From an uncultured Candidatus Saccharibacteria bacterium (GTDB taxonomy: Bacteria > Patescibacteriota > WWE3 > UBA101185 > UBA10185), in assembly GCA_964427965.1 (NCBI GenBank), contig CAYRWK010000001.1:1-42417 (forward strand): a DNA stretch of 42,417 bases, written 5' to 3'. The number at the start of each line of letters is the position of its first letter. Position 1 is the stretch's first letter. Positions 17,302 to 24,355 of the stretch are shown here, one piece after another. Under the pieces are notes generated by a model. The model did not search any database. It saw only the letters and a program-made list of their open reading frames with translations, and was not told the origin of the DNA. Both the position numbers and the translations under genes were made by a program.

Positions 17302-18189
17302 TCAGTACCCTATAATCCTTTCTGGATGTAATATGAGAAAATTATTTTTGCTATGTCTGTTTTCTAAATCGTCTTCAATTTTATGTATATCTAAAATAGT
17401 GGTTTCTTTAAATGTCCAAAAGTTATGCATATATACATAATTTTCATGGAAGTTCCTTTGAGGGTGGACAACATTCTCTTCAAACGCTATATCATATGTT
17501 TTTGATAATAACAGAGTAAGTTTTTCGTATATTCTTTCGTTTAATCCATCAAACTTTGAATGATCCTCTAACTTACCATGAAAAAGAACGTTTCTTAAAC
17601 CGACACCGGGCTCGTATAAATTTTTGTATAAATCTTCTCCTAAAATAGCTCTCAGTGCCTTATGGTTTATTTTGAATATAGTTTTATTTTTAGTTTTTAT
17701 TGTATTTTCTCCAGCAAAACCTTCAACCGCCATAATTAACATTGTTAACCGTGTGTAATACGTTGTGGCATTGGTAGACTCGCCAAGGTAAAAGAAACCT
17801 TTGTTACTTAACGAGTCACTAAGTTTACATACTTGTTGTATTTCCTCATCATCAAACATAAGACCCACGTGCCCTGTTGTTTTGCAGAAGTATATATAAA
17901 TCAAATTGTCTGTATTATTGTCTTCTTTAAATATAAAGTAACTATTAGCAAATAGACGAAACGCACATTGCGATACGGCCGAAAACTTTTCTATGTGTGG
18001 TGACAATGTTCTAAAAAATATTCTTTTTGCATCTAACATATTTGACGCTTCAATGCTTTTAGTAGCAACCCAAGCATCACAATCCCAATCTTGTTGGTCA
18101 TACCTACAAAAATTAAAACCATCCAAAGAGAAAGGTTTTACTAATCTTGAGACTGATGCAATTTTTGTACTTATTAAATACTTGTTCAT
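17302..18189 (-). CDS. hypothetical protein with HEPN-like RNxxxH motif
   Basis: GVGLRNVLFHGKL fits the R-x4-H signature, and a helical MLIMAVEGFAGE segment lies upstream of it. The likely start is the ATG at 18189 (MNKYLIS...), with a TATAAT on the minus strand at 18208..18213. The tracked start at 18300 would overlap the divergent gene. Confidence 0.35.
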   Translation of the reverse strand: MNKYLISTKIASVSRLVKPFSLDGFNFCRYDQQDWDCDAWVATKSIEASNMLDAKRIFFRTLSPHIEKFSAVSQCAFRLFANSYFIFKEDNNTDNLIYIYFCKTTGHVGLMFDDEEIQQVCKLSDSLSNKGFFYLGESTNATTYYTRLTMLIMAVEGFAGENTIKTKNKTIFKINHKALRAILGEDLYKNLYEPGVGLRNVLFHGKLEDHSKFDGLNERIYEKLTLLLSKTYDIAFEENVVHPQRNFHENYVYMHNFWTFKETTILDIHKIEDDLENRHSKNNFLILHPERIIGY

Positions 18190-18225
18190 AACATTACTTT
18201 CTATGACATTATACTGCTTAATTCG

Positions 18226-18254
18226 TTGTTCTGGTGGCCTTTTTAAACTATAAT
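18226..18254 (+). promoter_or_regulatory. sigma70-like promoter giving a probable leaderless transcript
   Basis: TTGTTC (18226..18231), a 17-nt spacer, TATAAT (18249..18254), then 6 nt to the ATG at 18261. No SD sequence. Confidence 0.45.
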
Positions 18255-18260
18255 AAGAAT

Positions 18261-18920
18261 ATGCCGGGAGCCAAAGAAAACACAAAACAAGCGATAGCAA
18301 AAACTAAGGATAAGCCGTTGTTATCAGCGACACCATCCGATTTTGCAAAGAACATGATGAAGACCTTGCGGGTTGCTAAATGTGACCCTAAAATATTGTT
18401 AGAAAAAATTGACACTACTATGGAGGCGTATCATCAGGCAAAAAATGAGGAAGAGAAGAAAACTACACTTTTAGCTTTTAGCCAAAGTACTAACGATGCT
18501 CTTTATATATACGGTTTGGATAATCACTATCCCGTAGCTGAAACTGTTACTTCAAAATTACAACCTCTTGTTATTCAAATGACTAATGATCTGATCGCTG
18601 AATATAGCTGTAAAACAACTAGCGAAAAAGCATTAGCGGAATTAATTGCCGGAGCTTATGGGAGGTATCTATCCTATTCCAACACACTCACAGGGTCTTT
18701 TAATGTGGAATACCTTAGTAGTGAAAAGAATGGTTACTTTACCCTATTAGGTAAAGAGGCAGATAGAGCGTACAGGCAATTTATAACAGCATTAACAACT
18801 TTGAAACAACTAAAATTTCCGACTCCTCAAATTAACGTAAGAACTAATACTGCTTTTGTTGCAGGTAATCAACAAATAAATTCTACAAAAGAGGAATTTT
18901 CAAATAAGGGTGCTTTATGA
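18261..18920 (+). CDS. hypothetical protein
   Basis: ORF in the track frame. The ATG at 18261 is preferred because of the promoter geometry. No recognisable motif. ATGA overlap with the next ORF. Confidence 0.5.
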   Translation: MPGAKENTKQAIAKTKDKPLLSATPSDFAKNMMKTLRVAKCDPKILLEKIDTTMEAYHQAKNEEEKKTTLLAFSQSTNDALYIYGLDNHYPVAETVTSKLQPLVIQMTNDLIAEYSCKTTSEKALAELIAGAYGRYLSYSNTLTGSFNVEYLSSEKNGYFTLLGKEADRAYRQFITALTTLKQLKFPTPQINVRTNTAFVAGNQQINSTKEEFSNKGAL

Positions 18921-19222
18921 TGGCCACGTTGGTAGATCAATGCCAAAAGGTTTCTATAAATTCCTTTGTATCAACGGTTTTACCAAAATTAAAGCGACAG
19001 TTACTTGAAACACAAATATCAGTTGATGGCTTTAATCTTGAATTATGCACAACGGAAACGTCTCTTGGGGGGACAAGGTTTTGGTTCAAATGTCCTTTGT
19101 GCAATCTTAGGAAAGGTGTTTTATATCAGCACCCAACAAGTGGTTTGTTAGGCTGCCGAACTTGCCTAGCGTTGGATTACAGAAGTAGAAGATATAGTAA
19201 AATGATTGAAAATAGCATTTAA
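18917..19222 (+). CDS. small zinc-ribbon protein
   Basis: 101 aa with CPLCN...(17 aa)...CRTC, a four-Cys ribbon. Translationally coupled to the upstream ORF. Confidence 0.5.
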   Translation: MMATLVDQCQKVSINSFVSTVLPKLKRQLLETQISVDGFNLELCTTETSLGGTRFWFKCPLCNLRKGVLYQHPTSGLLGCRTCLALDYRSRRYSKMIENSI

Positions 19223-19278
19223 TACAGTTTAGTATTACCACTGCCCCACAAGTATAAATATTTGAAGTAATGAATTAA

Positions 19279-20319
19279 GTGATGCTTAAATTAACCGAAA
19301 AAGGTGAACCTACAATTGGATATGTTATCGAGTTATCTAAAAAGGATCCTAGTGATCTAACTAAAGCTGAAAAACGATTATTAGATAGCTTTAGTCGAGA
19401 TTATTTCAAAAGTGTTATAGAACCTCTTCAGCTAAACTACAAGCAGATTATTTTTCCCGCAATAGAAAATTTAGAACAATTTAGAAGCAGTTATCTGAAT
19501 AGTATTATCGACACGCAGAAATACATTCAATCTTTTAATAATTCGGTGTTTGAGCAGCTTCTTCCATTAACAAGATTAAGTAAAGACATTAGCAGTGCAT
19601 TCAATATTTCAGCAAATATTGCAAAAGAATTACAGTCAGCCTTATCCATTCAGAGTAATGTTATTAACTCTCTTTCAAATACAATTATTAAAATACCTGA
19701 ATTTGGTAAAGTCATTAGTACCCAACTTGATATCTATTCTTCCCTGCGGCTTACCTTTAACAGACTTGACTATACAGATAGCATTTTGGGTTCATCACGA
19801 CTTATGGGGGAAATTCAAAATATAACTCAAGTTGGACTTATTAAGGCGGAATTTTCAAGTAATTTAGAAATAAAGGTTCAAAGTTTAGAGAACAAGCTTG
19901 ATATTATTAGTGAGGAAAACAAGAAAAAATTGGATGAGATTTATGGCATCGTAAAAGATATTAATAAACCTCGAGATTTGTTTGTTATTGATGAAGCAAG
20001 GTACAGTAAGGATATTTTTGGGCTCGTACTAAGGGATATTCAGATTCCAATTCCACATGGTTCAGACCAGGAGATAATAAGTAAGGGCATGTTTAAGAAT
20101 ACTAAAAATGTTTGTAAAGAATGGGATTTAGATGAAATAGTAGAGGATATATTTCATGAACACTACGATCCCGCTGACTATAAAAAGTGGATTGCAAGAA
20201 TAACCACGTCTGTTAGGCACTTAAATGAAACTATAGCAATAAACACCTCACCCTATAAGGATTGTCTAATATTTTCTAGAAAAACTTTATATTTGAATAA
20301 AGAATTACTTCATAAATAA
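19279..20319 (+). CDS. hypothetical protein (helical, Ser/Asn/Ile-rich centre)
   Basis: 346-aa ORF with no recognisable motif, followed by a clear terminator. Confidence 0.5.
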   Translation: MMLKLTEKGEPTIGYVIELSKKDPSDLTKAEKRLLDSFSRDYFKSVIEPLQLNYKQIIFPAIENLEQFRSSYLNSIIDTQKYIQSFNNSVFEQLLPLTRLSKDISSAFNISANIAKELQSALSIQSNVINSLSNTIIKIPEFGKVISTQLDIYSSLRLTFNRLDYTDSILGSSRLMGEIQNITQVGLIKAEFSSNLEIKVQSLENKLDIISEENKKKLDEIYGIVKDINKPRDLFVIDEARYSKDIFGLVLRDIQIPIPHGSDQEIISKGMFKNTKNVCKEWDLDEIVEDIFHEHYDPADYKKWIARITTSVRHLNETIAINTSPYKDCLIFSRKTLYLNKELLHK

Positions 20320-20329
20320 GTCCAATTTT

Positions 20330-20356
20330 GGCGCCATTTGGCGCCGATACTTTTTT
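20330..20356 (+). terminator. rho-independent terminator
   Basis: GGCGCC-attt-GGCGCC (self-complementary hexamers forming a 6-bp GC stem), then gatac-TTTTTT. It lies 10 nt after the stop at 20319. Confidence 0.65.
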
Positions 20357-20439
20357 GTACACTTTCATCAGTAAGTAGGTGATGAAAAGTGTAATTACCC
20401 GTTTGTAATCCTCTTTTACATTACCTCCCTAAAAAAACT

Positions 20440-20727
20440 ATGCAAAAAGAAATGACTGTGTCAGAAGTTCAAATAAAAATAATTAAACCTAGCGATGGGT
20501 TAATAGGTTTTGCGAGTTTGGTAGTGAATGAACAACTTTACGTAAGCTCGATTGGAATCTATACGCTCTTAGATGGTAGTGGCTACAGACTCACATATCC
20601 TACTAAGAAAGTTGGGGATGTTGATTTACATATTTTTCACCCCATAACCAGGCAATTAAGCGATCTTATTGAGGGAGCAATTTTAGAGAAATTAAGTTTG
20701 TTATTTGGAGATTCGTATGTTGCCTAA
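20440..20727 (+). CDS. spoVG: SpoVG-family protein
   Basis: Aligns by eye with B. subtilis SpoVG: VSEVQIKII..DGLIGFASLVVNEQLYVSSIGIY...YPTKK...HPITRQLSDLIEGAIL versus [32 protein letters not shown]...MPSKR...HPINSSTRGKIQDAVL. Confidence 0.65.
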   Translation: MQKEMTVSEVQIKIIKPSDGLIGFASLVVNEQLYVSSIGIYTLLDGSGYRLTYPTKKVGDVDLHIFHPITRQLSDLIEGAILEKLSLLFGDSYVA

Positions 20728-20953
20728 AGAAGCTGTAACAGAATTTGCAGAGTTATATCTGAAAAACTTTGGCATCCAACTTACACAAGAGGAAGCAGTT
20801 GAAAAAGCAACAAGAGTTTTTAACTTTTTTAAAACGATAATCAGGCCAGTTGAGGAAAGTACCAAATTAGCTGATGAAATCCCCGGCCAGGAATCTGAAG
20901 CAGAAAGGAAAAATATAACCTATGGCGATAAAAAGAAAAGTAAAAAAAGCTGA
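20717..20953 (+). CDS. hypothetical protein
   Basis: The ATG at 20717 is preceded by GGAGA, so it is preferred over the tracked TTG at 20705. About 78 aa, acidic, no motif. Confidence 0.45.
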   Translation: MLPKEAVTEFAELYLKNFGIQLTQEEAVEKATRVFNFFKTIIRPVEESTKLADEIPGQESEAERKNITYGDKKKSKKS

Positions 20954-21305
20954 GGGTATTAAACCAATACCGGCGGACATTTATCCGGCAAAGCTTGTTT
21001 CAATTGCTGAAGGTGATGGTGACTACGGTAAGTACTTCAAACTTGAATTTGAAGTTACCGACGGAACTTACTCTGGTGAAAAGAGAACCATCATAGCCAG
21101 CGATAAGTTATCAAGAGGGCAAAAGGGAGGCTCAAAGCTTCTTGGGATCTTGGAAACTTTAACAGGCAAGCAGTTAGACTTTGACCAAGAAATAGATATC
21201 GAAAGTTATCTTGGTTCAAAATGCAGGATATTGGTTGATGAAGCCGAAACCAAGGGTGACATCCAAGTTCAAAACGTCGGTAAAGTGATGCCACCCAAAG
21301 AATAG
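20922..21305 (+). CDS. hypothetical phage-type protein (DUF669-like pattern, weak)
   Basis: IPADIYPAKLVSIAEGDGDYGKYFKLEFEVTDGTYSGEKRTI resembles the 'G.Y.a.i...e...g...l.l.f.v..G...g..i' opening I recall for DUF669 phage proteins. Low certainty. Confidence 0.4.
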   Translation: MAIKRKVKKAEGIKPIPADIYPAKLVSIAEGDGDYGKYFKLEFEVTDGTYSGEKRTIIASDKLSRGQKGGSKLLGILETLTGKQLDFDQEIDIESYLGSKCRILVDEAETKGDIQVQNVGKVMPPKE

Positions 21306-21365
21306 TAGTTTAGTAAGTTAATGGGGAGGGTTTGGAGGAACTCTCCCCTCCATTAAGGAAACTAT

Positions 21366-23729
21366 ATGCAACAAGATTATAACAAATTAAATAAACAACC
21401 GTCTGAGTTTTTAGACGAATGGAAAATTGAATACGATGACAAAGGTAAAGAGCTTTTGCTAACCTGTTTGTTCTCTGACTGTGACAGTGAGGGAAATACC
21501 AAACACTTGTACATGGACGCAGACACGGGGCAATTTTGGTGCCACAAATGCCATAAGAAAGGCAACCTTGTGACTGTTGCTGAACATTTGGGGTTAAATC
21601 CTTCAGAGCTTTTTGAAAAGCCCCAAACTAAAACAGTAAAACTGAAAAGTGGCAGAAAGGTTGAACTCAAAGAAGAGCCCAAATCTGAAGAACTATTACA
21701 AAAAGTTACTATCTATCACGGTAATCTTTCTACGGAAAAACGTGAATATCTAAACAAAAGGGGTATAACAAATGACACTATTGAAAGCCGACTAATCGGC
21801 GAGGAAGAAATATACGGTGTCAAAAGAATTACCCTGCCTGTTTTGGATAAAAATGGAAACGTAATAAGTATAAAAGCTAGAGTTGTTCCGGAGTTGGAAG
21901 AAACTACTGACGCTAAATATGTCTATTTTCCAACCGGTGCAAAGGCATCGCTTTATGGTATAGATCTTTTAGAAAAAAGTACTGTTGATTTTGCAATTAT
22001 TTCTGAAGGTGAGTTTGATTCGCTAATTCTTACACAGTGGGGTTTCACTTCTGTTTCCTCTACCGGTGGCGCCGGAACATTTTCAACCGAATGGGTTTCA
22101 TATTTTGATAAGTTCCAAAAGATATATTTTTGCTACGACAACGATAAAGCTGGGAAAGAAGGTGCTGTAGAACATGCTAAGAAGTTTAGGAATAAGAAAG
22201 TATTTATAGTAGATATACCGCAAATCGAAGGTGTAAAAGATGTAACTGAATTTGCAACGGTTGCAGGAAAAACAAAAGAAGATTTTGAACTGCTTTTGAA
22301 AAACGCTAAAGAATATAATCCGTATAGTCCTGAGTTTTTAAATCTTGAGTTTGGCGAGCCAATAAAAGAGTTTATTCCCTCGCAGTTTTTTGATAATGAC
22401 ACTGCATTTTTTACTATCCCTCTAAACATTAAAAATAATGAGGAAAGTCCGTTCCGGGTTATTACATCAAACAAAGAACTTTATACACTAGAGGAAATTA
22501 AGGACAAGTTTAATTACAAAATAGTTAGAAACCCTGATTTTATGCAGCGTTGGAGTTCTGATGGAGTAAGAACCTATCTTTCGGGTAAAAATGCGACTAA
22601 CTATGGTGTGGTGTTGCAGGAACTTGTTTCTTTTCTAAAACAGTATGTCGATCTATCAAATGAGAACTGGTATTTGGTTATAGCTCTGTGGCTTTGGGGA
22701 ACGTACTTTTACCGTATCTTTAATAGTTATCCCTATTTCAACGTAAACGGTCTGATGGGTTGTGGTAAGTCAAAACTGTTGGAAGTTGGTTCATTTCTTG
22801 CCTTTAACGGTGAGTTCTTGGTTACCTCAACTCCTGCTTTTGTAATTGATTGTATAAATGATAACTGTTCAACGCTTTTTTTAGATGAAGTCGAAAACCT
22901 TAAGAATGCCGCAAACCCCGATACGCAAACAATGGTCCAAATGCTCAACTCTGGGTATAAAAAAGGACCTAAAAAGGGTAAGAAAGACCCAAGCGGTAAA
23001 GGAAAGGGTTGGAACTCAATAAAGCTGGACCCTTACAGTCCAAAAATGATTGCCGGTATAAAAAATATCAGTGACACGCTAATTTCCCGATCAATAAATA
23101 TGACAATGGTATTGAGTAATAACAACGACATTAAAAACAAGGAATTAACTGAGACCGATACCAGGTTGGGCAGTTTCAGAGATACGTTTTATTACTCTGC
23201 AATGGAACTTCATGCCGATATTAAGGATATTTACAACCAACTAACCGAAACGGAAGTATTTGGGAGAAATTGGGAAGTTTGGAGACCCCTATTTTGCATA
23301 GCATTAGCAATGGATAGCCAAAACCTTGAAAGTGCACCTATCAACTACAACAAAGTACGAACCTTTGCATTGGAAATAATAAGAAACCAATCAGGAATAA
23401 ACGCTGAAAATCAAAGCACAATCCAAATGCTTGTGGCTTTTAGAGAAATGATGGTTCGAGACCAACGGCTTAACAACTTTTATACAATGTCACAGCTTAA
23501 AGCATTTTTACTGGATAACCATGCAGACTATTTTGATTGGCTTGGAGAGTTCAAGGAAAGTGGCATAAGCCGATACATTGGCGATGAGCTACGAAAGACG
23601 GGAATTGTGACAGAAGCAGCAAAGGCAGTGAAAATTGACGGTAAGACCCAACGAGGTTTCATTTTAGATAGAAGTCTAATAGAAAGACGCCTTAAGGCTT
23701 ACGGTATTGAATTTGGAGTAACCGCGTAA
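21366..23729 (+). CDS. replication protein: zinc-finger + TOPRIM primase domain fused to a P-loop NTPase domain
   Basis: CHC2-like finger (CLFSDC...FWCHKCHKKGN). TOPRIM motifs ISEGEFDSL and CYDNDKAGKEG. Walker A GLMGCGKSK and Walker B LFLDEVEN. Confidence 0.75.
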   Translation: MQQDYNKLNKQPSEFLDEWKIEYDDKGKELLLTCLFSDCDSEGNTKHLYMDADTGQFWCHKCHKKGNLVTVAEHLGLNPSELFEKPQTKTVKLKSGRKVELKEEPKSEELLQKVTIYHGNLSTEKREYLNKRGITNDTIESRLIGEEEIYGVKRITLPVLDKNGNVISIKARVVPELEETTDAKYVYFPTGAKASLYGIDLLEKSTVDFAIISEGEFDSLILTQWGFTSVSSTGGAGTFSTEWVSYFDKFQKIYFCYDNDKAGKEGAVEHAKKFRNKKVFIVDIPQIEGVKDVTEFATVAGKTKEDFELLLKNAKEYNPYSPEFLNLEFGEPIKEFIPSQFFDNDTAFFTIPLNIKNNEESPFRVITSNKELYTLEEIKDKFNYKIVRNPDFMQRWSSDGVRTYLSGKNATNYGVVLQELVSFLKQYVDLSNENWYLVIALWLWGTYFYRIFNSYPYFNVNGLMGCGKSKLLEVGSFLAFNGEFLVTSTPAFVIDCINDNCSTLFLDEVENLKNAANPDTQTMVQMLNSGYKKGPKKGKKDPSGKGKGWNSIKLDPYSPKMIAGIKNISDTLISRSINMTMVLSNNNDIKNKELTETDTRLGSFRDTFYYSAMELHADIKDIYNQLTETEVFGRNWEVWRPLFCIALAMDSQNLESAPINYNKVRTFALEIIRNQSGINAENQSTIQMLVAFREMMVRDQRLNNFYTMSQLKAFLLDNHADYFDWLGEFKESGISRYIGDELRKTGIVTEAAKAVKIDGKTQRGFILDRSLIERRLKAYGIEFGVTA

Positions 23730-23877
23730 CCATATGAAGCAGAGTTATTGTAATAACAGACAGAACAGTTGGTTACGAAGCAGGTTACGATACACCTATA
23801 CCCTACGTAACCTGTATCGTAACCAGAGGTATTGCTTGTTATCACATTATAAACCAGTCGTAAGGTTACAAAGTTAC
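23718..23877. repeat. cluster of at least 8 GGTTAC(G)/(C)GTAACC motifs, including a 12-bp inverted repeat; candidate iterons, origin or protein-binding array
   Basis: GTAACC 23718, CGTAACC 23725, GGTTACG 23771, GGTTACGATACA 23783..23794, CGTAACC 23806, TGTATCGTAACC 23813..23824 (exact reverse complement of 23783..23794), GGTTAC 23864, GTTAC 23873. Confidence 0.6.
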
Positions 23878-23887
23878 AGGAGTTTTA

Positions 23888-24256
23888 ATGTCCGTAATAG
23901 ACCTAATAGAAAAAGTTAATAAATCACAAATCGGGAATCATAGCACCCAAACGATTCAGGAAGTTATAAAAGGAGTTGACCCCGAAAACTCCGAGAACCA
24001 AGAAATCCAAGATACTACACCATTTGAGCCCGTTGACCTATCTAAACTAAGTTCAAAGGAGTTGTTGGCTTTAAATAAGCAGCTTACATCGTGGTTGGAA
24101 ACGCATGAGTGCCAAACAGGGACTGATAACAAATTAGATATTAACGACAGACCTTATAATTACGAGCTGTACCTCAAGAAGTTGCGTTTATACGAAGAAA
24201 CCTGCGTTGAATACTTCTCAAGACCCCTTGGTGAGGAGTTGGTAGGTGTTTTATAA
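23888..24256 (+). CDS. hypothetical protein
   Basis: 122-aa ORF with an AGGAG RBS, located just upstream of the recombinase gene. No motif recognised. An RDF/excisionase role is only a positional guess. Confidence 0.5.
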   Translation: MSVIDLIEKVNKSQIGNHSTQTIQEVIKGVDPENSENQEIQDTTPFEPVDLSKLSSKELLALNKQLTSWLETHECQTGTDNKLDINDRPYNYELYLKKLRLYEETCVEYFSRPLGEELVGVL

Positions 24257-24273
24257 CTATGTATAATTTAAGT

Positions 24274-24351
24274 GGGTATATATGCAAAGATTTAAAAATG
24301 GCCGAATTGGTCCTATATCTTTGCGGATATATACCCAACCAGTTCGGCCAT
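24274..24351 (+). promoter_or_regulatory. interleaved inverted repeats (A-B-A'-B') immediately upstream of the recombinase start
   Basis: A = GGGTATATATGCAAAGAT (24274..24291), which pairs with A' = ATCTTTGCGGATATATACCC (24317..24336). B = ATGGCCGAATTGGT (24298..24311), which pairs with B' = ACCAGTTCGGCCAT (24338..24351, 13/14). A TATAAT lies at 24262..24267. There is no SD before the ATG at 24356. Confidence 0.5.
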
Positions 24352-24355
24352 TCTT

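Noticed and set aside
23734-23919. 61-aa plus-strand ORF (MKQSYCNNRQNSWLRSRLRYTYTLRNLYRNQRY...).
   Set aside because: It lies exactly over the GGTTACG repeat array. Its Arg/Tyr/Asn/Leu composition is simply the repeats translated, it has no RBS, and it overlaps the next gene's start.
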